Below are positions 20,234-29,571 of a DNA stretch of 64,000 nt, one piece after another. Below the pieces are notes generated by a model. The model did not search any database. It saw only the letters and a list, made by a program, of their open reading frames with translations, and was not told the origin of the DNA. How positions within the stretch are numbered: the stretch's first letter is position 1; the number at the start of each line of letters is the position of its first letter. The stretch comes from Candidatus Kapaibacterium sp. Its GTDB lineage: Bacteria > Bacteroidota > Ignavibacteria > Kapaibacteriales > UBA2268. The stretch is taken from NCBI GenBank assembly GCA_937995785.1, contig CALKJQ010000035.1, positions 133 through 64,132 of the forward strand. Direction: 5' to 3'. The position numbers and the translations under genes were made by a program.

Positions 20234-21379
20234 ATGGAAAATTTCCAATTTCAAAATCCAACAAAAATAATATTTGGTAAAGGCTCAATAAAATATATCG
20301 GGAACGAAGTAAAAAGTAACAATGTTCAAAAAGTTTTGCTTTTGGCGGGCTCGGGCTCGATTAAGCAAAACGGAGTTTACACTCAGATTGTTGATTCGCT
20401 AAATCGAACTAAAATCCAGTTTGTGGAAGTCTGGGGAGTTCGTCCCAACCCAACATTGGAACATGCAAAACAAGTTGTTGAATTACTCAAATCCGAAAAT
20501 ATCCAAGGAATAGTAGCCGTTGGTGGTGGCTCGGTTATCGACGAAGCCAAATCGGTTGCAGCCGGAGTTTTCGTTGAAAACTTATGGGATATTTTCGAGA
20601 AAAAAGCCGTAGTTCGCCAAGCATTACCCGTGTTTGTGGTTCTAACTCTCTCGGCAACAGGTACGGAGATGAATCCATTTGCCGTTCTAAGTAACGATGA
20701 AGAATTGAAAAAATGGTCGTTCGGCAGTCCATTTGTCTATCCAAAAGTGAGCATCATCGACCCTTCAGTTCAGTCCACTTTGCCCCGACGACAAACCGCT
20801 AATGGTGGAGTTGATAGCCTTTCTCATCTTATGGAAAATTACTTTATGGGCGAACCAAGTGCCGAAATATCATTGGCATTGAACGAGGCAACCCAACGCA
20901 CAGTAATATCGCAAATCGATAAATTGATGGAAAACCCCGATAATTACGAGGCACGAGCAAATTTAGCATGGTCTTCGTCGATAGCTTTGAACGGAATGAC
21001 CTCGGTTGCTCTTGGCGGGGGAGAATGGACAACTCACGCAATCGAACACGCCCTTAGTGCCATCAATCCACAAATTGCCCACGCCGAAGGTTTAGCGGTT
21101 ATGTTTCCAGCATGGATTAAATACGTTTCTGATGCAAAACCTTATATATTCGATCGCTGGGCTCGCAATGTTTGGGCGGCAAATTCGATTAACGAAGGGG
21201 TAGAAGCAATGCAATCTAAATTCCGCTTATGGGGTAGCCCAACCACTTTGACAGAACTTGGTTTTACCAAAGCAGATTTCCCTAAAATTGTAAAGTGTAT
21301 TGTCGAGTATGGCCGTGTTGGAAGGATAAAACAATTAGACACAACTGATTTCGAAAAAATTTTAGAATTAGCTTTATAA
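20234..21379 (+). CDS. Iron-containing (group III) alcohol dehydrogenase
   Basis: GGGS NAD(P)-binding motif (VAVGGGSVIDEAK). Fe-ADH histidine region. Confidence 0.8.
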   Translation: MENFQFQNPTKIIFGKGSIKYIGNEVKSNNVQKVLLLAGSGSIKQNGVYTQIVDSLNRTKIQFVEVWGVRPNPTLEHAKQVVELLKSENIQGIVAVGGGSVIDEAKSVAAGVFVENLWDIFEKKAVVRQALPVFVVLTLSATGTEMNPFAVLSNDEELKKWSFGSPFVYPKVSIIDPSVQSTLPRRQTANGGVDSLSHLMENYFMGEPSAEISLALNEATQRTVISQIDKLMENPDNYEARANLAWSSSIALNGMTSVALGGGEWTTHAIEHALSAINPQIAHAEGLAVMFPAWIKYVSDAKPYIFDRWARNVWAANSINEGVEAMQSKFRLWGSPTTLTELGFTKADFPKIVKCIVEYGRVGRIKQLDTTDFEKILELAL

Positions 21380-21417
21380 AAAATGACATTAAATAACATT
21401 TACAAACATTGAAAAAA

Positions 21418-21462
21418 AATAACGGGGATAGAAATAGTAATTGTCCCCGTTATTAATTTTTT
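21418..21462. terminator. Bidirectional rho-independent terminator
   Basis: AATAACGGGGA-15 nt loop-TCCCCGTTATT followed by a T-run. Between convergent adh and gcvPA. Confidence 0.75.
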
Positions 21463-21479
21463 TAATTGTTAATTTAAGT

Positions 21480-22859
21480 TTATTTTGCAAATTGCTTTAA
21501 AATATCTACGAAAGTATCTAATTCTTTCTTGGTTCTTTTTTCGGTTACAGCAATTAACAATCCATCAAAATTGGTATATTTTGTAAGATTTATACCAGCA
21601 AAAAATCCTTTTTCTTCGGCTGCAGTTCTGATTGTGCAAACATCAACGGGGCATTTAATTGCAAATTCATTGAAGAATGGCTTATCATTCAAAAGCGAAT
21701 AGCCTGGAATATTAGCAATTTGCTTTGCAAGATAGTGTGCTTTTTGGAAAGATTGCTCGGCAACTTCGATTAGCCCTTGTTTGCCCATAGTTTCCAAATA
21801 AACAGTTGCTGCCAACATTATTAGACCTTGGTTAGTGCAGATATTCGAAGTTGCTTTTTCGCGTTTGATTTGCTGCTCGCGAGTTTGAAGGGTAAGAGTA
21901 AATGCCCGATTTCCGTCTGTATCGATAGACATACCCGCAATTCTTCCCGGAATGGAGCGTACTAATGATTCTTTACAAGTGAATAAACCAAGAACTGGTC
22001 CTCCAAAACTCGTTGGAATTCCCAAAGGTTGTCCTTCACCCAATGCAATATCGGCATTATAGTTGCCTGGTGGGACTAAAAGTGCGAGCGAAATTGGATT
22101 GAAAATTGAAATATAGAGAGCCTTTTGGCTATGAGCAATTTTTTCTATCTCGAAAACATCCTCCAAATTACCTAAGAAATTTGGATTCTGGACGACAACG
22201 CCGGCTATATCATCGTTCATTGCATTTCTTAATCCGTCGATATCGGCGGTTCCGTCGGGATTAGCAAATACCTCGAATGTCAGTTGCCTGCCCGCAACCA
22301 AAGATTTGGTCGTTTGAAGGTAAAGCGGATTAACCGTTCCTGCAACCAGAAATTTTGTCTTCTTTGTGTGGGCGTGTGCCATAAAGAATGCCTCGGCAAG
22401 CCCCGTTCCAGCATCGTATAGCGATGCATTGGAGATTTCCATTCCAGTTAATCGGCAAATCATTGTTTGGAATTCATACATAACTTGCAATGTTCCTTGG
22501 CTAACTTCAGCTTGGTATGGTGTGTAGGCAGTTTTGAATTCGGGACGTTCCAACACCGACCCAACTATCGACGGAATATAGTGGTCGTAGATACCGCCAC
22601 CAAGGAACGATACGAAATTGGAATGAGATGTATTTTTCTTGGCAATTGATTCAACTAACTTTAATGCTTCTAATTCGCTCAATTCGGAATTCAAGTCTAA
22701 TTCTTTAACACGAGAGTGTTCGGGTATATCTTTGATTAATTCGTCAAAACTAGTAACTCCAATTTTTTGGAGCATTTGAGACATTTCTTCATTTGTTGAT
22801 GGTACGAAAGCCATAAAATTTATCCGTAAATTTAATTTTCGAAAATATTTAAAATTCAA
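21480..22859 (-). CDS. gcvPA: Glycine dehydrogenase (decarboxylating) subunit 1
   Basis: 459 aa. N-terminal P-protein alpha-subunit pattern. No gcvPB adjacent. Confidence 0.85.
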   Translation of the reverse strand: MNFKYFRKLNLRINFMAFVPSTNEEMSQMLQKIGVTSFDELIKDIPEHSRVKELDLNSELSELEALKLVESIAKKNTSHSNFVSFLGGGIYDHYIPSIVGSVLERPEFKTAYTPYQAEVSQGTLQVMYEFQTMICRLTGMEISNASLYDAGTGLAEAFFMAHAHTKKTKFLVAGTVNPLYLQTTKSLVAGRQLTFEVFANPDGTADIDGLRNAMNDDIAGVVVQNPNFLGNLEDVFEIEKIAHSQKALYISIFNPISLALLVPPGNYNADIALGEGQPLGIPTSFGGPVLGLFTCKESLVRSIPGRIAGMSIDTDGNRAFTLTLQTREQQIKREKATSNICTNQGLIMLAATVYLETMGKQGLIEVAEQSFQKAHYLAKQIANIPGYSLLNDKPFFNEFAIKCPVDVCTIRTAAEEKGFFAGINLTKYTNFDGLLIAVTEKRTKKELDTFVDILKQFAK

Positions 22860-22936
22860 AATTACGAAACTTTAATTATTTTTGTCTGAATTTATTATGT
22901 TTGTGAATGTTAATTTTACAAATTTTAACAAAGCAA

Positions 22937-22944
22937 TAATTTTG
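22937..22944 (+). promoter_or_regulatory. Candidate FCB-type -7 promoter element TAnnTTTG
   Basis: TAATTTTG lies 22 bp upstream of the fbp ATG. Confidence 0.35.
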
Positions 22945-22965
22945 TTAACAAACAATAAAAATCAA

Positions 22966-23976
22966 ATGGAAGTAAACAATACAGAACGATTAACTACAAT
23001 CGACCATCATATCTCTCGTGAAGAAAGTATGCACCCCACTGCAACGGGTGAGTTTACTTCGCTACTTCACGACTTGGCATTGGCGATAAGAATAATTTCG
23101 CGCGAAGTTCGACGTGCCGGAATCAACGACATCTTGGGTTTGACATCCACATCAAATATCCACGGCGAAAAACAACAAAAGTTAGACCAATATGCAAACG
23201 ATATAATAAAAAAAGCAATGTCGCAAGGGGGGCACGTATGTGCGTTCGCCTCCGAAGAGGACGACGAGGTTACAGTGGTTGGCAAGGACCGAAAAAGCAA
23301 ATACATAATTTTGTTCGACCCGCTCGATGGTTCGTCCAACATAAGTATAAATGTTACGATAGGAACAATTTTTGGCGTATATCGCCGAATAGATCTCTCG
23401 CCAGGCCAGAGCTGCAGTATAAGCGATGTATTGCAACCAGGTTATAAGTTAATTACTGCTGGCTATGCTTTGTATGGCAGTAGCACTTTGCTTGTTTATT
23501 CCACCGGAAATGGTGTACATTCGTTCACCTACGACCCAACAATTGGAGAATTTTTATTGAATAAGCAATATATCAGAGTACCCAAACAAGGCAGTTGGTA
23601 TAGCTTTAACGAAGGCAATTATTATTTGGTGGACGAAAAAGTTCGTAAGTATCTCGATTACATAAAAACACCATCGGAGGATAAAAAACGTCCTTTCACG
23701 CTTAGGTATATTGGGACTTTGATAGCTGATTTACACAGATTATTGCATTACGGAGGCGTTTATCTTTACCCCGGAACAACCAAAAATCCAAACGGAAAAT
23801 TAAGGTTAATTTACGAAGTAAACCCATTGGCATTTATCTTAGAACAAGCAGGTGGTCGCGCAACTGATGGTCGGAGAAGAATTTTAGAAATAGCTCCCGA
23901 AGATATCCATCAACGTACCCCACTTTTTATGGGCAGTCCCGATGATATGGATTTATTGGAAAGCTTTTTAAAATAA
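22966..23976 (+). CDS. fbp: Fructose-1,6-bisphosphatase class 1
   Basis: Metal-binding motifs (DPLDGSSN, EGN..Y). The track ORF starts at 22882; the in-frame ATG at 22966 gives the usual length of about 336 aa. Confidence 0.85.
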   Translation: MEVNNTERLTTIDHHISREESMHPTATGEFTSLLHDLALAIRIISREVRRAGINDILGLTSTSNIHGEKQQKLDQYANDIIKKAMSQGGHVCAFASEEDDEVTVVGKDRKSKYIILFDPLDGSSNISINVTIGTIFGVYRRIDLSPGQSCSISDVLQPGYKLITAGYALYGSSTLLVYSTGNGVHSFTYDPTIGEFLLNKQYIRVPKQGSWYSFNEGNYYLVDEKVRKYLDYIKTPSEDKKRPFTLRYIGTLIADLHRLLHYGGVYLYPGTTKNPNGKLRLIYEVNPLAFILEQAGGRATDGRRRILEIAPEDIHQRTPLFMGSPDDMDLLESFLK

Positions 23977-24029
23977 TAAAAAAATCGAGAAAATTTACTT
24001 TAATGTGTTTATAATTAAAGTAAAATTAT

Positions 24030-24037
24030 TAATTTTG
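24030..24037 (+). promoter_or_regulatory. Candidate FCB-type -7 promoter element TAnnTTTG
   Basis: TAATTTTG lies 29 bp upstream of the rpsT ATG. Confidence 0.35.
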
Positions 24038-24066
24038 TAATCTTAATTAAATTCGAAAAGGGAAAA

Positions 24067-24336
24067 ATGGCTCATCATAAATCAGCCTTAAAAAGAATTA
24101 GACAATCGAGAAAAGCTCGAATTTATAATCGTCAAAACAAAAAGTTGATGAAATTTGCTATTCGAGATGTTCGCGAGTCCAAGACATACGAAGAAGCAGT
24201 TGCTAATTTGAACAAAGCAATGAGTATTTTGGACAAAGTGGCTGCTCGTGGAGTTATCCACAAGAACAACGCCGCTAATGCAAAATCCTCATTAGCAAAA
24301 TTCGTAAAAAAATTAGAACCACAACAACTCAATTAA
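24067..24336 (+). CDS. rpsT: 30S ribosomal protein S20
   Basis: 89 aa. Begins MAHHKSALKRIRQS. Confidence 0.9.
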   Translation: MAHHKSALKRIRQSRKARIYNRQNKKLMKFAIRDVRESKTYEEAVANLNKAMSILDKVAARGVIHKNNAANAKSSLAKFVKKLEPQQLN

Positions 24337-24343
24337 TTGCAAC

Positions 24344-24420
24344 GCACCCGTAGCTCAATTGGATAGAGTACCTGACTACGGATCAGATGGTTGGGAGTTC
24401 GAGTCTCTCCGGGTGCGCCA
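24344..24420 (+). tRNA. tRNA-Arg (anticodon ACG), CCA encoded
   Basis: GCACCCG acceptor stem, anticodon loop CTACGGA, T-arm GGGAG-TTCGAGT-CTCTC, 3' CCA. Close to E. coli tRNA-Arg(ACG) architecture, with one C-A mismatch at the top of the anticodon stem. Confidence 0.8.
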
Positions 24421-24427
24421 ATTTCCA

Positions 24428-24510
24428 GCGGAAGTGGTGAAATTGGTAGACACGCCATCTTGAGGGGGTGGTGCTCCACGAGCGTAGGGGTTCGAGTCCC
24501 CTCTTCCGCA
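24428..24510 (+). tRNA. tRNA-Leu (anticodon GAG), type II with long variable arm
   Basis: Acceptor GCGGAAG/CTTCCGC. Anticodon stem CCATC/GGTGG with loop TTGAGGG. 14-nt variable arm. T-arm AGGGG-TTCGAGT-CCCCT. Confidence 0.8.
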
Positions 24511-25133
24511 CAAAATGTTTCTTTATCTCTTCTATCCAAAATCTTTTCTATAAGCTTACTAATTAAAATAAAATCTTTTCATAATCGTTCCTAAAATATT
24601 ATATTAAAATCTAATCCATAATAATCTTGATTTGGTACTTTAAATATAAAATCTTACCTATATTCCTATCTATTAATATCCTTTTTCTTCTATCAGTTCC
24701 AAATTATCATTATCACACACATATCACCAAAAAGAATTGCTGCCAATTACCAATACATAATTACTTAAAGACAGCTTTTTCGGAACATTCACCAAACGAT
24801 GCCGAGTTTCATTCCGAACATAATTGTCCAATCAAGATTTTTTCTCAAAATTTCTCATCTCTTTTTATTTTAAAACAACAGATTGATTACGAAAACCAAT
24901 TATCGTTTAAGTCTACCATCGATTATCAAATCTCCGTTGCTAACCATCGAGCGCTCGATAAAAGAAATCCCCGTGCACCACCTGCTCTTTTGATATAATT
25001 ATACCAAAAAACCACTTGGAAAAATTAATAATATTGTTATTTGCTTATAGCAGCAATGCTATTACTATTTATATAACTCAACTTTATAACTAATTAATTT
25101 AAAAGTATTGTAAAAAAATCTTTAAGGAAAAAA

Positions 25134-25961
25134 ATGAAAACTATAAATATTATTTTATCTGTTTTGTTGGCTATTTTATTGCTTTCTTGCTCCAAAGAGA
25201 CTAACCCGACCGAACCCGATATGGACCATTTTAAAGCATACGGGTTGATTTTAGAGTCCTCGGGGCAACGCATACTCACATATTTCAATTTAAAATCTAA
25301 GGATACTTTGTATGTTCCCATTGGTCTAACCCCACATTACGAAGTTAAATTTTTGGACAAGGATAGCGTTATAATAGAGCCACCCAAGGATAAGGACAAA
25401 AAGTTCGGCTGGGTGATAGCGGATACCTCGATGTTGGAGGTGTATCGTCACGGCGACGACGAATGGGAGTTTCACTTAAAAGGAAAAAAAGTTGGCGCCA
25501 CTCTCATTGAATTTCAAGTTCTCCACAACGACCACCCCGATTTCAAAACAATTAAAATACCCGTAATAATCCGCGACGAAACTGGTCAACACGGCGCCCC
25601 AGTTGGATTACGTGCATATTTCGAAGAGGAAGGCAAATTGATTTGCGAAACACCAATAAAAGGACTTAATGGTTTAACAAAAGGCGAATTTACTTTAAGC
25701 GTAGGCGAAACCACCGAACATATAGTGATTAAATTATTCGATGAGCAGGGACGCGAATTCCAGCCCGGCGAAGGTCATAAATTAGTGATTGATTTTATGG
25801 ACAAGGACATATGCGAAGCAATTCCCGCAGGCGACGATGAACCTTGGGCATTCCAACTTAAAGGACTTAAGAAAGGCATAACCCAAATCATCTTTAAAGT
25901 TGCGGGTAGCGACGGGAAAATTCATCGCGAGTTTAGCCCTGTTTATGTTAAAGTAAACTAA
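25134..25961 (+). CDS. Lipoprotein with two tandem Ig-like (Big_2-like) repeat domains, partner of the downstream TonB receptor
   Basis: Lipobox LLSC. Internal duplication: DDEWEFHLKGKKVGATLIEFQV...KIPVII and DDEPWAFQLKGLKKGITQIIFKV...PVYVKV. The TonB receptor gene starts 14 bp downstream. Confidence 0.55.
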   Translation: MKTINIILSVLLAILLLSCSKETNPTEPDMDHFKAYGLILESSGQRILTYFNLKSKDTLYVPIGLTPHYEVKFLDKDSVIIEPPKDKDKKFGWVIADTSMLEVYRHGDDEWEFHLKGKKVGATLIEFQVLHNDHPDFKTIKIPVIIRDETGQHGAPVGLRAYFEEEGKLICETPIKGLNGLTKGEFTLSVGETTEHIVIKLFDEQGREFQPGEGHKLVIDFMDKDICEAIPAGDDEPWAFQLKGLKKGITQIIFKVAGSDGKIHREFSPVYVKVN

Positions 25962-25974
25962 AGAATTTCCAAAA

Positions 25975-28161
25975 ATGAAAAGATATATTTCGTTAGCCTT
26001 GCTTTCAATTCTATTACTTTTTTTGCTGAAAATTTCAGTTTTTGCCGATCTTGTTGGTAAGGTTATGGATAGCGAAACGGGTAAACCATTAGATAAAGTC
26101 GTTTTGATTGATAAAAACAACAATGTTATCTTCAATACAACTCCAAATGGCATTTTTAGGGTCAAACCCGATACTTCTTACCATTACTTGATTAAATTCT
26201 TCAAGCAAGGCTACGAAATAAAGTCTCTTCTAATAAGTTCAAATGATATTACAGACACATTAGTAGTTGGTTTAGAACCAAAATTGGTGAATATGCCCGT
26301 AATAACAATCGGGGCAAATCTGCGAAACAAATTCGATGAAATTCAATCCGAAGCCTACACAATTCAAAGAAGTGAATACCAGAAGTCTTTGGGCAATACA
26401 TTGGCAATGACATTGAAAAATCAAATTGGAATGGCGATGTCGTCGATGGGTCCCGCACCAGCCCGACCCGTGTTTCGTGGATTTGGTGGCAATAGAATCA
26501 CAATTTTAAACAACGGAATTAACGTAAGCGACTTGTCGGCCACATCGCCCGACCATTCATTAACCATCGACCCATTGACCATTGAAAAAGTGGAATTAGT
26601 CCGTGGTCCTAAAATATTGCTTTATTCCCTAAGCACTCCCGGTGCGGCAATTAACTCTCAAAATAGTTATTTCACAATTCCCGAAAAATTTTGCAACCGT
26701 GCTATCTTCTTTGGCGAATCAGTAAATAAAGGTTATTCGGGGATGCTCCAAACCAAGTTGCCAATCGATAAATTTGCCTTTTTGGGTAATGTTGCATACC
26801 ACAATTCACAAGACATTGTTGTTGCTAATAAGCCACTGCCCAACACTTACAACAAAATATTGGATGTAAATTTTATTGGGTTAGCAAAGCAAGAAGACTT
26901 TATGACAACTTTTCACTACGAAAATTACCAAAATTTTTATGGAATACCCGGTGGTTTTGTGGGGGCTCATCCAAAAGGTGTTGATATCGAAATTTATAAA
27001 AATGTTGCTACTTTGAACCCTATTTTTCATTTCCACAAACCTTGGTTAGATAATATATCTTTTTTCATAAATCGAAATTATTATCATCACATCGAAAAAG
27101 AAAAGAACAACTCGATTGGTGCTGAATTTGTTTATAGGGAATACAACTTGAAATCCATCTTTAATCACAATCAAAATGAATTGTTCGACAATGGTTCTTA
27201 TGGTTTTGGATATATCTACAAAGATTTTAAAATTGGTGGATATGTTTTCACTCCCGAGACAATCTTGAACAATACCTATTTGTTTGCTTACGAAGAATAT
27301 CAATTGTTGGGATTCGATTTTCAGACTTCCTTGCGAACCGAATATGCTAATTTCCGCCCCCAAGAACGACAAACGATGAATAATAAACCACAAAAAAGAG
27401 ATTTTTGGGCATTTTCGGGTTCAATTTCGATTCTAAAAGAATTAAATAATTCAATTTCTTTAGGCGTTAACTTTTCGAAAACATCTCGCATTCCATCAAT
27501 CGAAGAATTGTATTCCGATGGTCCTCACCTTGCAGCATATTCCTACGATATCGGCAATTCAACACTCAAAACAGAAAGTGGAATTGGGACAGAACTTTTT
27601 GGCTTTTTCAAACAAAATTCGTTTACCTTCAGTTTGTCCTCGTATTTTTATAATTATGATTACTACATCATACCTCGCAACACGGGTAAATTAAACGTTC
27701 AACAAATATTACCAATTTATCGAACTGAAGGGGTTCGTGCTACAATTTATGGATTAGAGTCCCAAATTGAGATGAATATATTTAATTATTTTGTCTTTAA
27801 GGGAAATATTACCTATACGCTTGGCACAATTTTAGAAACAAATACGAATTTACCATCAATTCCGCCTTTACGTTCCAATCTTGAGTTAAAATTTCGACAA
27901 AACAATTTTTCGACGGGATTACAACTCGAAATTTCATCAAAACAAGATAAATTGGACGATTTTGAGGAGGGCACAGATGGCTATTTTATCTCGAATATTT
28001 TTGTTCAAAAAATGATACCAATCGATAATTTATTGTTATCATTAAATTTGTCGGTTGATAATATTTTCGATACAATATATCGAAATCATCTTTCCCGCAT
28101 TAAATCGGTATTCCCCGAGCCTGGGCGAAATTTTAAAATTCTAATAAAATTCGACTATTAA
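25975..28161 (+). CDS. TonB-dependent receptor with N-terminal carboxypeptidase-regulatory-like domain
   Basis: Signal peptide. CarbopepD_reg-like N-terminus. Plug region. C-terminal beta-barrel ending in an aromatic residue (KFDY). Confidence 0.8.
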   Translation: MKRYISLALLSILLLFLLKISVFADLVGKVMDSETGKPLDKVVLIDKNNNVIFNTTPNGIFRVKPDTSYHYLIKFFKQGYEIKSLLISSNDITDTLVVGLEPKLVNMPVITIGANLRNKFDEIQSEAYTIQRSEYQKSLGNTLAMTLKNQIGMAMSSMGPAPARPVFRGFGGNRITILNNGINVSDLSATSPDHSLTIDPLTIEKVELVRGPKILLYSLSTPGAAINSQNSYFTIPEKFCNRAIFFGESVNKGYSGMLQTKLPIDKFAFLGNVAYHNSQDIVVANKPLPNTYNKILDVNFIGLAKQEDFMTTFHYENYQNFYGIPGGFVGAHPKGVDIEIYKNVATLNPIFHFHKPWLDNISFFINRNYYHHIEKEKNNSIGAEFVYREYNLKSIFNHNQNELFDNGSYGFGYIYKDFKIGGYVFTPETILNNTYLFAYEEYQLLGFDFQTSLRTEYANFRPQERQTMNNKPQKRDFWAFSGSISILKELNNSISLGVNFSKTSRIPSIEELYSDGPHLAAYSYDIGNSTLKTESGIGTELFGFFKQNSFTFSLSSYFYNYDYYIIPRNTGKLNVQQILPIYRTEGVRATIYGLESQIEMNIFNYFVFKGNITYTLGTILETNTNLPSIPPLRSNLELKFRQNNFSTGLQLEISSKQDKLDDFEEGTDGYFISNIFVQKMIPIDNLLLSLNLSVDNIFDTIYRNHLSRIKSVFPEPGRNFKILIKFDY

Positions 28162-28212
28162 TTATATTTTTAAAAGTTTTGTAAAAATCATTAGTTTGCA
28201 ATTTCCGTAATT

Positions 28213-29571
28213 TTGTTATTTTACCGAAAACAAATTATGAAAGTATTAGTTATTGGGGCATCCCTAAGTGGTAAATCAGCAGCAATGCTTGCTCGCAAGC
28301 AAAATATGGATGTGTTTGTTACAGAATATCAACCAAAAGAAAATTTTCGAGATACAGTAATCCAATTTGAAGAAAATAATATCCAATTCGAGTTTGGTGG
28401 TCATAATCTTGCGGGATTGCATCAATACGATTTGGCAATTGCATCTCCGGGAATTCCCCGAAGTGCCGAAATTTTAGATGAATTGTACAAAAACAAGGTG
28501 AAAATAATAAGTGAAATAGAATTTGCCTACCAATTTTGTAAAAATCCAATTATAGCAATAACGGGAACAAATGGCAAAACAACTACGACTTCGCTCGTTA
28601 CCCACATACTCAATCACTCGGGCAAAAAATCAGTTTCGGCAGGCAACATAGGGCGTGCTTTTTCCGATGTAGTTTCGGATTTGCCCGTTGATGCAATTGT
28701 ATCGCTTGAGGTTTCGAGTTATCAATTGGATAGAATAGATAAATTTCGCCCAAATGTTGCTATAATCACCAACATAACACCCGACCACTTAAAATATCAC
28801 GGCACAATGCAAGATTATGTGGAAACAAAGTGGAAAATTTGTAGTAATCAAATCGAAAAAGATTTATTAATTTTGAATTACGATGATGATTATTTAAAGG
28901 AAAGTAAATCATCACGCAGCAATATCCAATATTTTTCGCTGAATGAACTCCGGGGGGGAGCATTCATTCGTAACGGGGTGATAATATTGGACACACAGCA
29001 TAAAGAGGAGGAAATAATGCCAATTTCTAAGATTGGTATCAAAGGTCAGCATAACCTTTATAATTCGCTTGCGGCGATATTGGCTACTCGCTCATTCGAA
29101 ATTTCAAACGAAAATTATCGTTCTGCTCTATCATCTTTTTTGGGAGTTGAGCACCGTTTGGAATTTGTCTGCTCCATCAACGGGGTGGAATACTACAACG
29201 ACTCCAAAGCAACCAATGTTAATTCCACCTGGTTTGCCCTTAATAGTTTCAACAACCCGATAGTTTGGATTGCTGGTGGTCGTGGAGACAATAATGATTA
29301 CTCTTTGTTGGATTCATCCGTTCGTAAATTTGTAAAATCAATTTTATGCATTGGCGAAGAAGCCCAAAGTATTTATCAGCACTTCTCGTCGATAGTTTCT
29401 TGCAATACTTTCGATACTTTAGAAGAAGCCGTCTTTGCCGCACATAGCGAATCAAAAGAAGGCGAAATAGTTTTATTTTCGCCCGCTTGCAAATCGTTCG
29501 ATATGTTTGCCAATTTCGAACATCGAGGTGAAATATTTAAACAAATTGTAATGAAATTGCCAAATCAATGA
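28213..29571 (+). CDS. murD: UDP-N-acetylmuramoylalanine--D-glutamate ligase
   Basis: Mur ligase P-loop GTNGKTTTT. MurD-type N-terminal Rossmann domain. Confidence 0.85.
   Translation: MLFYRKQIMKVLVIGASLSGKSAAMLARKQNMDVFVTEYQPKENFRDTVIQFEENNIQFEFGGHNLAGLHQYDLAIASPGIPRSAEILDELYKNKVKIISEIEFAYQFCKNPIIAITGTNGKTTTTSLVTHILNHSGKKSVSAGNIGRAFSDVVSDLPVDAIVSLEVSSYQLDRIDKFRPNVAIITNITPDHLKYHGTMQDYVETKWKICSNQIEKDLLILNYDDDYLKESKSSRSNIQYFSLNELRGGAFIRNGVIILDTQHKEEEIMPISKIGIKGQHNLYNSLAAILATRSFEISNENYRSALSSFLGVEHRLEFVCSINGVEYYNDSKATNVNSTWFALNSFNNPIVWIAGGRGDNNDYSLLDSSVRKFVKSILCIGEEAQSIYQHFSSIVSCNTFDTLEEAVFAAHSESKEGEIVLFSPACKSFDMFANFEHRGEIFKQIVMKLPNQ

Noticed and set aside
24333-24594. ORFs of 68 aa (minus strand) and 67 aa (plus strand) in the six-frame track
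   Set aside because: They lie entirely over the tRNA-Arg and tRNA-Leu genes. They are structured RNA, not coding sequence.
24627-24998. 123-aa TTG-initiated ORF in the long spacer after tRNA-Leu
   Set aside because: Low-complexity, G-poor composition gives open frames by chance. No RBS or promoter context and no recognisable domain. More likely non-coding (see the finding on this spacer).
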